DNA of 64,000 nt from a virus. The translations under genes and the position numbers were made by a program. Positions 9,898-19,702 of this stretch are shown here, piece after piece. Under the pieces are notes generated by a model. It did no database searches and was not told where the DNA came from. It worked only from the letters and a program-made list of their open reading frames with translations. The number at the start of each line of letters is the position of its first letter. The first letter of the stretch is position 1. The stretch spans positions 24,124-88,123 of IMG/VR virus record IMGVR_UViG_3300042475_005534; one strand, given 5' to 3'.

Positions 9898-10110
9898 TTA
9901 GGGCACGTAGCCCATGACGATGCCCAGGGGAACGACCCCGATCCCAATAGCCCGGATCACAACCACGCCGCCCAGGGGGTCGAACGACGAGCCAGCAAGC
10001 TTGATGATGTTGCTGGTCCAGCCGTAGGAGCTACCGCCCACGATGGCAGCGAAGAGTAAGCCAACACCGATGCTCTGAAGGCGAAAGACAATCGAAGGAC
10101 CGCGGGCCAT
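9898..10110 (-). CDS. small membrane protein
   Basis: Two hydrophobic segments; GWxxNIIKL...RAIGI.V.PLG. Confidence 0.55.
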   Translation of the reverse strand: MARGPSIVFRLQSIGVGLLFAAIVGGSSYGWTSNIIKLAGSSFDPLGGVVVIRAIGIGVVPLGIVMGYVP

Positions 10111-10241
10111 GGGGTGAAAGGATGGGGCTTTCATTATGACCGCCACGGCAGGCAGTGGCAAGCAATTGGTGCTCGGGGGTGTAAGCACTTATACTCACTG
10201 CTCATTCGGTAGAATGCTTTTGACCTGAATGGAGCGTAAGC

Positions 10242-10532
10242 TTGCACAGGAAAGCAATCAATTGGTCAGGCACAGCACACATCCCCTGGGCGGCGCTGCT
10301 GCTTGGGCTGGCGCTAGGGCAGGCCGTTGCTGCAAATGCAGCACCCGAGGGGCACATGGTGCAGACACTGCGTTACGGGGACAGGCGCCACTGCGTCAAT
10401 GCTGGCGATCTATACGCCCCGGATCGATGGAAGCTGTGGCTGATTTGGGCTCCCAGGAGGGATTGCCAGGAAACGCCTGTAAATCTTGTCGCGCATCGCG
10501 GGGCTGTTGGCGTTTGGCACCCCTTCCAGTGA
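10242..10532 (+). CDS. hypothetical protein with signal-peptide-like segment
   Basis: WAALLLGLALGQAVAA; TAGAAT upstream. Confidence 0.4.
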   Translation: MHRKAINWSGTAHIPWAALLLGLALGQAVAANAAPEGHMVQTLRYGDRRHCVNAGDLYAPDRWKLWLIWAPRRDCQETPVNLVAHRGAVGVWHPFQ

Positions 10533-10652
10533 ACGCCCCGGAACGTAAGGAGTGTCCACCCTGAAGCTAGGCCCCCCCGCAATGGCGTCTTGCAGGAGGG
10601 GCGCTACTTTAGGGCTGAATGCCATTCGCATGGTTAATTGGGGGAGGTGTCC

Positions 10653-11096
10653 TCAATAGCCGCGAAGAAGACGTCTTTTTTGCTCTTCCCGATCCAACGC
10701 GCCACTACCCCCCTGAGCGAAAGTCTTTAAGTCATTGCCGCGGGCATATCGCCTCCAGGCCTCCTCCCCTGGACTGAGCTGTCCGGGGCGCGATGGAGCG
10801 CCTCCCCCGCCCCTCCCAAAGACAGCGTCATTGATTCGCTGTAAAGAATCAGGTGGAGCCACGTCGGGATTGAGGAAATCGGTAGCCCCTTTCACTACCC
10901 CGCCAAACAGTCGACGAGGGTCCATAGCAACTTCGTTACCGTCGTCAGGCATGTATGCGCCAAACTTGGCAGCGTTGAAGCCGTCTGGCCGTCCACCGCC
11001 CTTAGGGATCCCTCGCTGATAATCCTTGATTCGGTCGAGGTAAGGGCTTACGAAGTCACGCAAATTCATGAAGGGGTCAAGAATCCTGTAACCCAA
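10653..11096 (-). CDS. hypothetical protein
   Basis: ORF follows the exonuclease gene. Confidence 0.5.
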   Translation of the reverse strand: MGYRILDPFMNLRDFVSPYLDRIKDYQRGIPKGGGRPDGFNAAKFGAYMPDDGNEVAMDPRRLFGGVVKGATDFLNPDVAPPDSLQRINDAVFGRGGGGAPSRPGQLSPGEEAWRRYARGNDLKTFAQGGSGALDREEQKRRLLRGY

Positions 11097-11106
11097 TCAT
11101 AGTGAA

Positions 11107-11859
11107 CTAGGAAGCGAGGGCTAACGCTTCCTTCTCTAGTGCGACCAAGCGCTTGTATTCGGCGACCTTCTGCAGCCACTTGAAGCGGAAACTCCGCAAT
11201 TCATGGGGGCGCAGGATGAAGGACTGGACGGTCTCTGGAGTTGTGACCAACATGCCACCGAACTCGACATCGATGCCAAGGGTCTCTTCGATTGCGATGG
11301 AGTAGGCGCCGAGCTGGAGGCCGCACTTATTGAATTTCATCCAGCCAGAGAAGTGTGCTCGGTTCTCGTCCTTTGGGAAGTAGCGGCAATAGGGAGAGAC
11401 AGAGGATTTGACGTCAGCCAGCCAGGCGACGCCGCCTCTGAGGCCAACGATGTCAGGACATCCGGAGTAGCCGTGCTCGTGAGACCAGATCCTGGAGATG
11501 CCATCTTCTCCAGTGCAGAAGTCCCATTCCTTACGGAGCGGCTTTTCCGACCAGAGAAAGCCTTCGTAGCGATCGAGGTGCTGGGCAACACCCTCCCAGT
11601 AGGGCAGGAGGTCATCAGGCAGATTGACCTCCTTGCCACGGATGTAGTCTTCGCAGGCGGCGTGGATTGCCGTCCCTCGTTTCGCTGCTGCTTCTCTTGC
11701 GCCAGGGTTATTGAGATTCCATGCTTGGAGCCTCTGATTGGCTTTGGCTCCTGCTGTTTTTCCGAGAATGGAAGTTACCGAAGGGTAGACCCGATTGGGG
11801 TCATCTCCGGCCCTGTAATGCCGAACCCCGTTGATTTCGAATCGGGTCGGCGCTTGCAC
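11107..11859 (-). CDS. PD-(D/E)XK exonuclease (Cas4/lambda-exo-like)
   Basis: YPSVTSIL, RGTAIH, G.PD, ADVKSS, QLGAY motifs. Confidence 0.85.
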   Translation of the reverse strand: MQAPTRFEINGVRHYRAGDDPNRVYPSVTSILGKTAGAKANQRLQAWNLNNPGAREAAAKRGTAIHAACEDYIRGKEVNLPDDLLPYWEGVAQHLDRYEGFLWSEKPLRKEWDFCTGEDGISRIWSHEHGYSGCPDIVGLRGGVAWLADVKSSVSPYCRYFPKDENRAHFSGWMKFNKCGLQLGAYSIAIEETLGIDVEFGGMLVTTPETVQSFILRPHELRSFRFKWLQKVAEYKRLVALEKEALALAS

Positions 11860-11970
11860 ATAGGAATTGATTTCCTTGAGTGTAACTAGATCTCATGGGG
11901 TGAAATTGCGAGCGGCTGATTCGGAAAGCAGGGCCGTCCAATCCGGAATGGAATCAGCTAGGAGCAGCTA

Positions 11971-12225
11971 TCACGGCAATGGCCCATAGGGCTCGTCGTC
12001 ACTGGCGTCAGCATCGACGGTCTCGATGTCCCTCCATTCGCCACAAAGCGCCCGCATGCATCCCTGGTACCATGTGAAGTATCCCTGGAGTTTTAGGTGC
12101 GTCCTGCCTTCCTCGGTCTGGAAGCGAGCCAGGCGGTAAGCGTCGGGCAAGGTTTTGTCGATAGTGGGCGCGCCAATTTGCATCAACATCTGGGAGTCTT
12201 CAGGTCCAGTAAGTGAAATCGTCAT
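11971..12225 (-). CDS. hypothetical protein
   Basis: ATGA-coupled ORF. Confidence 0.55.
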   Translation of the reverse strand: MTISLTGPEDSQMLMQIGAPTIDKTLPDAYRLARFQTEEGRTHLKLQGYFTWYQGCMRALCGEWRDIETVDADASDDEPYGPLP

Positions 12226-12539
12226 GGTGTTTCAGGGGTAGGTGAACAGGCAACTGGCAGGGCGCGTACAGCGTGAGCAAAGCTGATTAAGTCCCGACCG
12301 AGCGTGTGTGAACACATGCTGACAGGGATAAAGCCCGAGCCATAGTCGTCACCTCGCATATGGGGGAAGTGCTCACCCGCAAGGCGCATGATGTCGTCGT
12401 CCAGGGTGGGAGGTTTCTGGGCTTCTGCCCAGTAGGCCTCGATGTCGGCTCTCACGTCAGAAAATGCAATCGTACATAAATTTTTTCGGATGTCATTAAA
12501 ACGGGCTGATTCTAAATCAATTGTAGATCGGTCGGTCAT
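12222..12539 (-). CDS. hypothetical protein
   Basis: Operonic ORF. Confidence 0.55.
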   Translation of the reverse strand: MTDRSTIDLESARFNDIRKNLCTIAFSDVRADIEAYWAEAQKPPTLDDDIMRLAGEHFPHMRGDDYGSGFIPVSMCSHTLGRDLISFAHAVRALPVACSPTPETP

Positions 12540-12544
12540 GGTAG

Positions 12545-12946
12545 TTAAAAATCATCTGGATTGATGCCAATGGATTCAGCAAAATCGTCTAAATCTTGCG
12601 AATCTGAATCCCATAAAACTCGTCCGTTTTCTGTGATTTTCTTGGGAGAGGCATAGCCATCCATTGCTTCAGATAGCGCTTGAATTACGGCCATTCTCAC
12701 TGACTCACACGGGTTAGTCATTGAAGTCATGCATCTGATCTTGTGATAGACAACGCTCTTGCCTTCATCAGGCCTGATCTGCTTGTCAGGCACCGGCACG
12801 GGCGTTTGCTGTGGGCACCAGCGTGAACCAGGATGCTCAAGAATGGCTTTCGCCAAGGACGTGGCCTCCTGATCCGTGCAGTGCTCGCAAGACTCCTGAA
12901 TGATTTGGGCCAAACGAAAAATGTGGCCAACTTTGGGAGTAGTCAT
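12545..12946 (-). CDS. hypothetical protein sharing a VGHI.RLA...AIL.HPGSRW module with 12951-14024
   Basis: Direct protein similarity visible within the window. Confidence 0.6.
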   Translation of the reverse strand: MTTPKVGHIFRLAQIIQESCEHCTDQEATSLAKAILEHPGSRWCPQQTPVPVPDKQIRPDEGKSVVYHKIRCMTSMTNPCESVRMAVIQALSEAMDGYASPKKITENGRVLWDSDSQDLDDFAESIGINPDDF

Positions 12947-12950
12947 GGGT

Positions 12951-14024
12951 TTACGGGCTCTCCTGGCTAGTTGGCACCGGCAGGGCGTAGTGGGGGAGCA
13001 CCTCGACACGCCGAATCTCTAGAGAATGTGGGCCGTCCTGTGAATACTCGGACAAATAGTGCTGGCCTTCGCTCAGTGCTTGGGCGTAGGTGGGAGCGGC
13101 TCCACCGGCCTGTTCTTCGTATTCATTGTTGAATACCGAGAACTCAAACCGCTCCGCCACGGGCGCGGGCTTGATGACGGGGCGGGCGTAGCGGACGAGG
13201 ACGGCGCTGCACAGATCGGCAACATCTTCAGCGCAGACGTTGCCGATCACCTGGACATCGGGTTCCCAGCCGAAGGCGCACTTTTGGACTGCCTTTGCAA
13301 TAGAGATGATACGCTCACTCGGCCCCTCCGGATCGGGCTGGGCTGTTCGCTGTTCGGCGCGGTTGAGGGAGGCCACAACCTCCTCAATCGGAACCATCAC
13401 GCCGTCACGAAGAATTGCTGCTCCATTACCGCAGATTCCTTCCGACCATTGCACAGCCGCCACCGGCTCAGGCTTGGCCAGGGCGGCGTGTGCCGAATCT
13501 TCCAGGCCTTTCAAATAACCCAGCCGCCGCTCTTCGGTGGGGTCGGAGTACGGCTGGGCCAGCTCGGCGCGGGTGCGCCAGCGGCTACCGGGATGACTCA
13601 AGATCGCCTCGGCCAACGCACCAGCGCCTTTATCGTGATTGCCGTCAACCTCGCGGATGATTTCAGCTAGGCGCAGGATATGGCCCACTCTGGGTGGAAG
13701 CCCCTCCGGCTCGGGCTGAGCCAGGGCGGACTTGAGCCGTTGCCTAATGTCCTGCCAAGCATCAAAAGCAGCATTATCCCTGTCATAAGGTTTTAAGCTA
13801 GAAAAGTTATAGCAACCTTCTCCATTGTTAAATGCCAAGACTTCGGCACAAAGCCCTCTCCAATGGGCAAGGCTCACCCCCTCCGGCTCGGGCTGGGCCA
13901 GCTCGGCGCGGGTGCGGGCGATCAGTTGTCTCATGCTTCGCTCAGTGTCACTTTGGACCGTATAGGTCAGCGCGTCGTCTAGGCGATCAGCCAGCTCAGC
14001 ACACCGGGCTTTCCAATCAGTCAT
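12951..14024 (-). CDS. modular hypothetical protein with LAQPEPEG repeats
   Basis: Five LAQPEP-like junctions. Confidence 0.7.
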   Translation of the reverse strand: MTDWKARCAELADRLDDALTYTVQSDTERSMRQLIARTRAELAQPEPEGVSLAHWRGLCAEVLAFNNGEGCYNFSSLKPYDRDNAAFDAWQDIRQRLKSALAQPEPEGLPPRVGHILRLAEIIREVDGNHDKGAGALAEAILSHPGSRWRTRAELAQPYSDPTEERRLGYLKGLEDSAHAALAKPEPVAAVQWSEGICGNGAAILRDGVMVPIEEVVASLNRAEQRTAQPDPEGPSERIISIAKAVQKCAFGWEPDVQVIGNVCAEDVADLCSAVLVRYARPVIKPAPVAERFEFSVFNNEYEEQAGGAAPTYAQALSEGQHYLSEYSQDGPHSLEIRRVEVLPHYALPVPTSQESP

Positions 14025-14610
14025 TTTTCAGATCCTCGGTTGTGATAGTAGATAACTGTTGAAGCAGGGTGGCGATGCGTTCGCGCTCCTCCAGCAATGG
14101 AATGGAATGCCAGTCCCGCAGTCGCCTGACCAGCTCTTCCACCTCTCCCTCCCCCACCTCCGGCTTGATGGCGGGACGGCCCCAGCGGGCGAGGACGGCC
14201 AACATCAGATCACTCAGTTCACAGTGGGCTGATTCCAGGCAGCCACCTCTCCGCAGCCACGTTGCCCATGGCTCCCTCGCAAAAGCAAAGCCAATTAGGT
14301 TTACGTGGTCCGGCGTCACCCCCTCCGGCTCGGGCTGGGCCAGGGCGTCGTCCGGGGCCCAGCCCCCCAGCTCGGCGGCGATGGCGTTTATCTTCCGAAG
14401 CATCCTGATCCGCTCAGTGAGAACCGCAACCTCAAGATCGCTACTCATGGGAGCTGGCTTGTCTTGCGCGAGTTGCTCTTCCAGGGCGAGAAGGGCTTCG
14501 GCAATAAGGACTACCTCAGGGCACTTGGGGCCTTCATGATCGGCCCGCATGTGATAAGCATCCAGTACCGCCTGAGCGGCGGGGGATAACTGTTTAGAAT
14601 CGTTGTCCAT
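14017..14610 (-). CDS. modular hypothetical protein (LSPAAQAVLDA / LAQPEPEG / ARWGRPAI)
   Basis: Shares DNA repeats with the previous gene. Confidence 0.7.
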   Translation of the reverse strand: MDNDSKQLSPAAQAVLDAYHMRADHEGPKCPEVVLIAEALLALEEQLAQDKPAPMSSDLEVAVLTERIRMLRKINAIAAELGGWAPDDALAQPEPEGVTPDHVNLIGFAFAREPWATWLRRGGCLESAHCELSDLMLAVLARWGRPAIKPEVGEGEVEELVRRLRDWHSIPLLEERERIATLLQQLSTITTEDLKND

Positions 14611-14800
14611 GGTAATCGCAGGAAGAACAGTGGATTTTGTATTGAAGAGGGTTGGTTAAGAGTGCTCCGCTTGGGTCGGAGTCATATAGCTCCTCCCCGC
14701 AGACTGGGCAAGCGATTCCATTGAGACGCGGGCTACTAAGCAAAAAGGCCTTTGCTTGGTGCTTGCGATTGTGGTCATATAGTGAGATGAGGTCAGTCAC
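14594..14800 (-). CDS. small zinc-ribbon protein
   Basis: CPVCG...CSSC. Confidence 0.55.
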   Translation of the reverse strand: MTDLISLYDHNRKHQAKAFLLSSPRLNGIACPVCGEELYDSDPSGALLTNPLQYKIHCSSCDYHGQRF

Positions 14801-17019
14801 AGCTCTCGTAGCGATGAATATGGGTTGGGGGTGAATTGTTGGAATGGGTGATCAGCCGTAGCAAAACCGGTCTGGCCATACAACTTCAGATCTGCGATTT
14901 GCATCATGTTGCCATCCGCTCTAAGAGTTGGAAAGACTAGGCGATAACTATTAAATGCTGACAGCCCATCCATTGACACCAATGGTGCTTCCGTATGTCG
15001 CGCAGTGGGCAGCTGCAGCCCACCTGAGATGAGAAGATCCCAGGATCCGTTGCGCTGTCCATAGATCTGGTAAGAGGCAGGATCCCTGCCGGGCATGTCA
15101 TTTGCTGTAGTTATCCTGAACCCAGTGAGACGGGTTGCTGTTGAATATGAGAACTCAACACCTGACCGAGACCCCCCGATATTCAGGTACTTTGTTAAGG
15201 GATCATTATCAAAGGCGTTTTCTACCTGCTCGAACACCGGGGAAGCAGTGAAACCATCAAGATCCACCGCAGTGGTTCTTGATGGCGAGGGGAGAAGCCC
15301 TGGTGGCGCAGGGGCTGGCTTCGGCGGAACTGGCTCAGGGGCTGGTGTTGGAGGTGCTGGTGCCGGTGGCACAGGAGCAGGAGCAGGAGCAGGTGGCGCT
15401 GGAGTGGGAGCTGGCGAGCTGGATTGAGTGCCAAAAAGCTTAAGCTCGGCGATCTGCACGAACCAGTCTTGAACACGCACAGCCGTAAAGATGAGGCGGT
15501 ACTGCGTGAACAGGGACAGTTCGGGGAGCGTGACTGGTGCTGAGTCGGTCTGCCTGGCCTGTGGGAGCGACAGTGCACCCGAGCTGAGTATCTGCCAAGA
15601 GGAACCGTCGTTGGAACCCTCAAGGCGGTAGGCGGTCGGATCGTACTGGGGATTGTCGTGAGCTGAGGTGACGATGAACGACGTCAGGCGGTAGGGAACA
15701 TCGTATGTAAATGAGACGCCCGTGGTTCCGTTTCTTCCGTGGTTGTTGCGGTGTGTGGAACTTCTGTTGTTGTCGAACGCATTGCCCACCTGCCAGCCAC
15801 TGTCTACCAAGCCGTTGACGAAACCAGAGTTCAGGGGCGCGGGCAGGAGGTACGGGGTGGACGACGGCGGGGCTGGTGTTGGAGGTGCTGGTGCCGGTGG
15901 TGCAGGAGTAGGAGCAGGAGTGGGAGCAGGGGGTGGGGTTGGCACCGGAGCCGGTCTTGGAGGTACCGGGGCCGGTGTTGGAGCTGGAAAAACGCCAGTT
16001 GGTGGGGTTGCAAGGAATGCCGCTACATTCAGCCGACCGCCTGTCGCCGTTTTGCCCGCCAACGAGGCTGTTGGAGTGGTACTCGCTAGCAACGCTTCTC
16101 GAATCTGTTGAGCACTGGCGGTGGGATACTTACTGGCATAAAGTGCAATGGCTCCCGTAACATGCGGCGCCGCCATAGAACTGCCGCTCAGGGTTGTGTA
16201 ATTGTTCCCCGGCAGGGTGGAGTAAATACCAGACGCGGGTGCGCCAAGGTCTACCGTTGTCCTTCCATAATTAAATTGTTGATTCCCGTTGCTATCTAGT
16301 CCTGTTACAGAGATGACGGCTTCGTAACCGGCTCTCTGCAAGGTGCTTATCCCAGATGGGTAGGAGACATGAACATCACTGTCCCGACCGGCATTGCCGG
16401 CAGCCGCGACGAAGAGAATGCCCGCTTGCGCGGCTCTAACCATGGCGTCTTCCATCCATGGCCCAGTTCCACCTCCCCATGAGTTGTTACTGGCTACGAT
16501 GTTGAGACCATGACGACGCTTTAGATCCGTCAGGTAATCCAGGGCCAGCTTGACTCCATAGGTCGTTCCGCCCAAATTCCCCAGGAACTTGAGGGGGATA
16601 ATCTTCACGTTCCAGGCCACTCCAGCGACCCCTTCGCCATTGCCGCCAACAGCCCCGATAATTCCGGCTACATGGGTGCCGTGGCCGTCTTGGTGACCAT
16701 CGAAAGTCGTATTGTCATTGCGGTCGAAATCCCAGCCGCGAATATCATCAATGTAGCCGTTTCCATCATTATCAATTCCGTCTCCCTCTATTTCGAAGGG
16801 ATTGCGCCAGATATTCGCAGCCAAATCTGGGTGGGTATGATCAATTCCCGTATCAATAATTCCGATGTAAACATCCCTCGAACCCGTGTGGCCCGTTTTC
16901 CATGCTGCTTCGGCATTGGAGCCGAAGCCAGGGCCCATGCCCCATAAGTGGCCATTGGTGAGGGCGGGGTCATTGATGGTGACGTTGCTCGTGAAGAGCT
17001 GATCCTGTAGCGGTTTCAT
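14797..17019 (-). CDS. subtilisin-family (S8) serine protease with Pro-rich linkers and two discoidin/F5-8-like domains
   Basis: Catalytic IIDTG, HGTHVAG, AAAGN, SGSSMAAPHV; PAP/PTP linkers; two NAFDN...QIA.LKL.G domains. Confidence 0.9.
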   Translation of the reverse strand: MKPLQDQLFTSNVTINDPALTNGHLWGMGPGFGSNAEAAWKTGHTGSRDVYIGIIDTGIDHTHPDLAANIWRNPFEIEGDGIDNDGNGYIDDIRGWDFDRNDNTTFDGHQDGHGTHVAGIIGAVGGNGEGVAGVAWNVKIIPLKFLGNLGGTTYGVKLALDYLTDLKRRHGLNIVASNNSWGGGTGPWMEDAMVRAAQAGILFVAAAGNAGRDSDVHVSYPSGISTLQRAGYEAVISVTGLDSNGNQQFNYGRTTVDLGAPASGIYSTLPGNNYTTLSGSSMAAPHVTGAIALYASKYPTASAQQIREALLASTTPTASLAGKTATGGRLNVAAFLATPPTGVFPAPTPAPVPPRPAPVPTPPPAPTPAPTPAPPAPAPPTPAPPSSTPYLLPAPLNSGFVNGLVDSGWQVGNAFDNNRSSTHRNNHGRNGTTGVSFTYDVPYRLTSFIVTSAHDNPQYDPTAYRLEGSNDGSSWQILSSGALSLPQARQTDSAPVTLPELSLFTQYRLIFTAVRVQDWFVQIAELKLFGTQSSSPAPTPAPPAPAPAPVPPAPAPPTPAPEPVPPKPAPAPPGLLPSPSRTTAVDLDGFTASPVFEQVENAFDNDPLTKYLNIGGSRSGVEFSYSTATRLTGFRITTANDMPGRDPASYQIYGQRNGSWDLLISGGLQLPTARHTEAPLVSMDGLSAFNSYRLVFPTLRADGNMMQIADLKLYGQTGFATADHPFQQFTPNPYSSLREL

Positions 17020-17468
17020 GTTGATGCAGTAGCAGGTGGTTCAGTTGGCGGCTTGATATCTCCAGCCACATGCTCCAGGTAGCTGCGTCCGTCTCCGCGT
17101 TCCTGGTAAGCGTCAAGCTCTCGGAGTAATCGGCGTGCGTAAGGAATAGCGCCTTTGATCATGAGATCCTCGTAGTCGGCCGCCTTGGCAACAACCGAAT
17201 CCAATCGGTCACCCAGGATGGGACCAAGGATGGAGGCGTAGACGATCACCATGGGATCAGTCTGGTACGAGCGGAAGCTGCTGCCACTGGAGGTGAAGCC
17301 GTCGATTAGGCGGTTCAACTCCGAGAGCTGCTCCAGCTGCTTCTGTTGCAATTGCTTCGTCTCCTGAAGAAGCGTGAGCCCCGAAGTGATCCCCATGCGG
17401 ATCGCTCGGAGCTCGATCCCTACTAGATCCTTCGGGGGTGTCGGAGAGTCTTTGGACGAGGACGCCAT
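17016..17468 (-). CDS. hypothetical protein
   Basis: ATGA-coupled to the protease gene. Confidence 0.55.
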   Translation of the reverse strand: MASSSKDSPTPPKDLVGIELRAIRMGITSGLTLLQETKQLQQKQLEQLSELNRLIDGFTSSGSSFRSYQTDPMVIVYASILGPILGDRLDSVVAKAADYEDLMIKGAIPYARRLLRELDAYQERGDGRSYLEHVAGDIKPPTEPPATAST

Positions 17469-17631
17469 CGAATGCTCGGCAGAATTGGAGTGATGCTCGG
17501 TGCACAGGCTCGAGCTGTTTCCAGGCTTGATTGACCTGGCTTACACCGTAGCGCTCAATCAGTTGGCGCACATCCGACTTCTGTACCGCCTCCTGCAGAA
17601 GCTGCAGAAGGCCTGGGTCTGAGAACGACAT
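17257..17631 (-). CDS. hypothetical protein
   Basis: Helical N-terminus; overlaps the next ORF. Confidence 0.4.
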   Translation of the reverse strand: MSFSDPGLLQLLQEAVQKSDVRQLIERYGVSQVNQAWKQLEPVHRASLQFCRAFDGVLVQRLSDTPEGSSRDRAPSDPHGDHFGAHASSGDEAIATEAAGAALGVEPPNRRLHLQWQQLPLVPD

Positions 17632-17914
17632 ACGCGTAATCTCCTGTTGCGGAAGTCATGCCTTCAAGGGGCGCGAAAGAAATGATCAACGCAGTGTCCA
17701 CCAGCTCACGCAAGCAGGCTTTGTGGGTCCACCCAATAGCAGCCTCGCTGTACCTGGAGGAAGGGGGGAGAGTCAAGAGAATGACCTCCCCCTCCCGGGC
17801 TTCGAGAACCGTCGGTGCCGAAGCGACCTGCTCGCAAGCTTCGACCAGGGTGGCTACGAGCCCACTGGTCGTTGAGTGCGTGACAGAACTGTCATCCTGG
17901 AGACTTTGGCTCAT
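17555..17914 (-). CDS. hypothetical protein
   Basis: ORF starting MSQSLQDD. Confidence 0.45.
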   Translation of the reverse strand: MSQSLQDDSSVTHSTTSGLVATLVEACEQVASAPTVLEAREGEVILLTLPPSSRYSEAAIGWTHKACLRELVDTALIISFAPLEGMTSATGDYAYVVLRPRPSAASAGGGTEVGCAPTD

Positions 17915-17948
17915 AGCAGTTAGCGTGTAACGAGAGTGGGCGCAATGA

Positions 17949-18224
17949 ATGACGACTGGATCAGGCATGGAGATGGAGGCAACCCTTGAGGCCCATTTCC
18001 AGTACAGGCAACTGGAGCTTCTTGTTGAGAAGGCAGGGCTCAAGGATCTCAAGGAGTTGTGCCTATTGCTGGGAAAGCACGCGCTGGTTGCACAACCAGC
18101 CGCCCTCCGGTGGGCAGCGATGGAGGCGGCCAGGGCCTTATCCCTTGGGATGCGCAATGACGCAGATCCCGGGGAGGCCCTCCTCCAGCAACTGCAGGAA
18201 AACAGCCAGCCGCCCCACGAGTGA
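17949..18224 (+). CDS. hypothetical protein
   Basis: Short helical ORF. Confidence 0.45.
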   Translation: MTTGSGMEMEATLEAHFQYRQLELLVEKAGLKDLKELCLLLGKHALVAQPAALRWAAMEAARALSLGMRNDADPGEALLQQLQENSQPPHE

Positions 18225-18245
18225 GCGGCCGGGCGTTACAAGCAG

Positions 18246-18941
18246 TTACCAGCCACCACCTGCAGCAACAGCAGTGCTTTCGAGTTCCTCGTCAGCACCG
18301 AGCACATCCCTCCCACCGGCTGGAATCACAGTGGCATTCAGTTGCAGATCTGCACCTGTAGCCCCTGCTGGGGGACCGGCAAAGGGATCACCACCCTCAA
18401 ACATTGCAGGCAGCCAGATCGAGGAGCGGGATGCTTCCCACATCTTGAATGGGGCATCGTTCTTCGAGACGGCCTTCAGCGTTGGAATCGCCGTGTAGGT
18501 GGGCTTGTTGTTTTTTGAAACCTTAGAGATGGTCAGGTAAAAATTCGCAGGCTTACCGTCATCGACCTGGTAGTCCTCGAGGGCGAGGGTCTGCTCGATT
18601 GATGTCTGGAGGGAGGGCTGGGTGATTTCAAAGATCACGGGCTCGTCAGCTCCTTTCATCAGGGCTGCCCAGCTCAGGAAGTAGAAGGGCTCCGCCTTCT
18701 CCTGGCCGTTGAAGGCCATGCCAATGTCAGCGGCGTAACCCCTCGGGAAGAGGGGGAACAAACGGGGGCGCTTCTCCATTGTGAAGTATTTGTAGCCGGA
18801 GATCACATGCCCAGTGGCAGCAGTGCCGCAGAGGCGGATCTCAACTGTCTTTCCCTCTGATAGGGACTTGGCATTGAAGAAGCGGTTACTGGAAAAGCGT
18901 TCGTCGGTCGGTTTGTAGTTGGTTGGGAATGGTGATGTCAT
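18246..18941 (-). CDS. putative phage ssDNA-binding protein (gp32-like)
   Basis: IFEITQ.S, aromatic-rich core, GGDPF, acidic tail; adjacent to the SSB gene. Confidence 0.5.
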   Translation of the reverse strand: MTSPFPTNYKPTDERFSSNRFFNAKSLSEGKTVEIRLCGTAATGHVISGYKYFTMEKRPRLFPLFPRGYAADIGMAFNGQEKAEPFYFLSWAALMKGADEPVIFEITQPSLQTSIEQTLALEDYQVDDGKPANFYLTISKVSKNNKPTYTAIPTLKAVSKNDAPFKMWEASRSSIWLPAMFEGGDPFAGPPAGATGADLQLNATVIPAGGRDVLGADEELESTAVAAGGGW

Positions 18942-18955
18942 GAATTGGCTTGAGT

Positions 18956-19624
18956 TTAGTTCCAGTTGGGATGAATGTCGTGATCGGCCTCAAAAGAGGC
19001 CTGGTCGTAGCCGACTGCCGCAGTACCCGTAGCGGGATCACTGCTGCCGCCGCGCCCTCTGTGGACTCGGAAGGAGCGAACCTTAACCTCACAGTAGGGC
19101 TCATTGGTAGAGGATGTCATCTGGGAGAACGATCCAGAGACCTCCACCAGTGCACCGATATCCACCCTGGAGAAGCGCTCCTGGGTGGTACCGAATACCC
19201 GACAACCATACCAATCGGTCTGCTCAATCGGGTCTCCCCCTTGCGGATTGGGGAGGTACCGATTCAGGGCTACAGAGCGCCGGGTTGATTTCCCGGCTGG
19301 CTTGGGTTCGCTACCGATGCGACCGACAAGAGTGACCTCGTTGAGGTACTGCTCGTCAGTAGCAGGGCAACAGACGAAAGCCGTAATGACAGGCTGGCTG
19401 GAGCCTTCCATGAGCAGGACATCGCCGGAGACCAGGATGCGATCACCGACGATCTTCTGTGCAAGGAGCCCAGCTGAGGGCCCATCCTTGAAGGCCCTCA
19501 CGTCCACAAGGACGGGGGTCTGGCCTGAGGGGATCTCCCCAGTGGCGCAGAGAAATTCACGACTGCCGTCTATAACGGACTGGGGGTTCCCGGTCAGGAC
19601 AACGACAGCTGCCGCATAGGTCAA
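18956..19624 (-). CDS. ssb: single-stranded DNA-binding protein with tandem OB folds
   Basis: LNEVTLVGRIG.EP, TDWY.C.VFG, G.LVEVSG, acidic C-terminus; TTG start inferred from the promoter position. Confidence 0.75.
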   Translation of the reverse strand: MTYAAAVVVLTGNPQSVIDGSREFLCATGEIPSGQTPVLVDVRAFKDGPSAGLLAQKIVGDRILVSGDVLLMEGSSQPVITAFVCCPATDEQYLNEVTLVGRIGSEPKPAGKSTRRSVALNRYLPNPQGGDPIEQTDWYGCRVFGTTQERFSRVDIGALVEVSGSFSQMTSSTNEPYCEVKVRSFRVHRGRGGSSDPATGTAAVGYDQASFEADHDIHPNWN

Positions 19625-19647
19625 GCGAATTCGAGCAGGGCGCAACC

Positions 19648-19675
19648 AAGATATCCAAAATGCGCGAAGTGTCAA
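19648..19675 (-). promoter_or_regulatory. sigma70-type promoter for ssb
   Basis: TTGACA-N16-TATCTT on the minus strand, 23 nt before the TTG start. Confidence 0.55.
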
Positions 19676-19702
19676 GCATTGCCCGATACATCAGGCATTG
19701 CA

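Noticed and set aside
11107-11859. cas4 gene
   Set aside because: Standalone PD-(D/E)XK phage exonuclease without the Fe-S cysteine cluster or CRISPR context.
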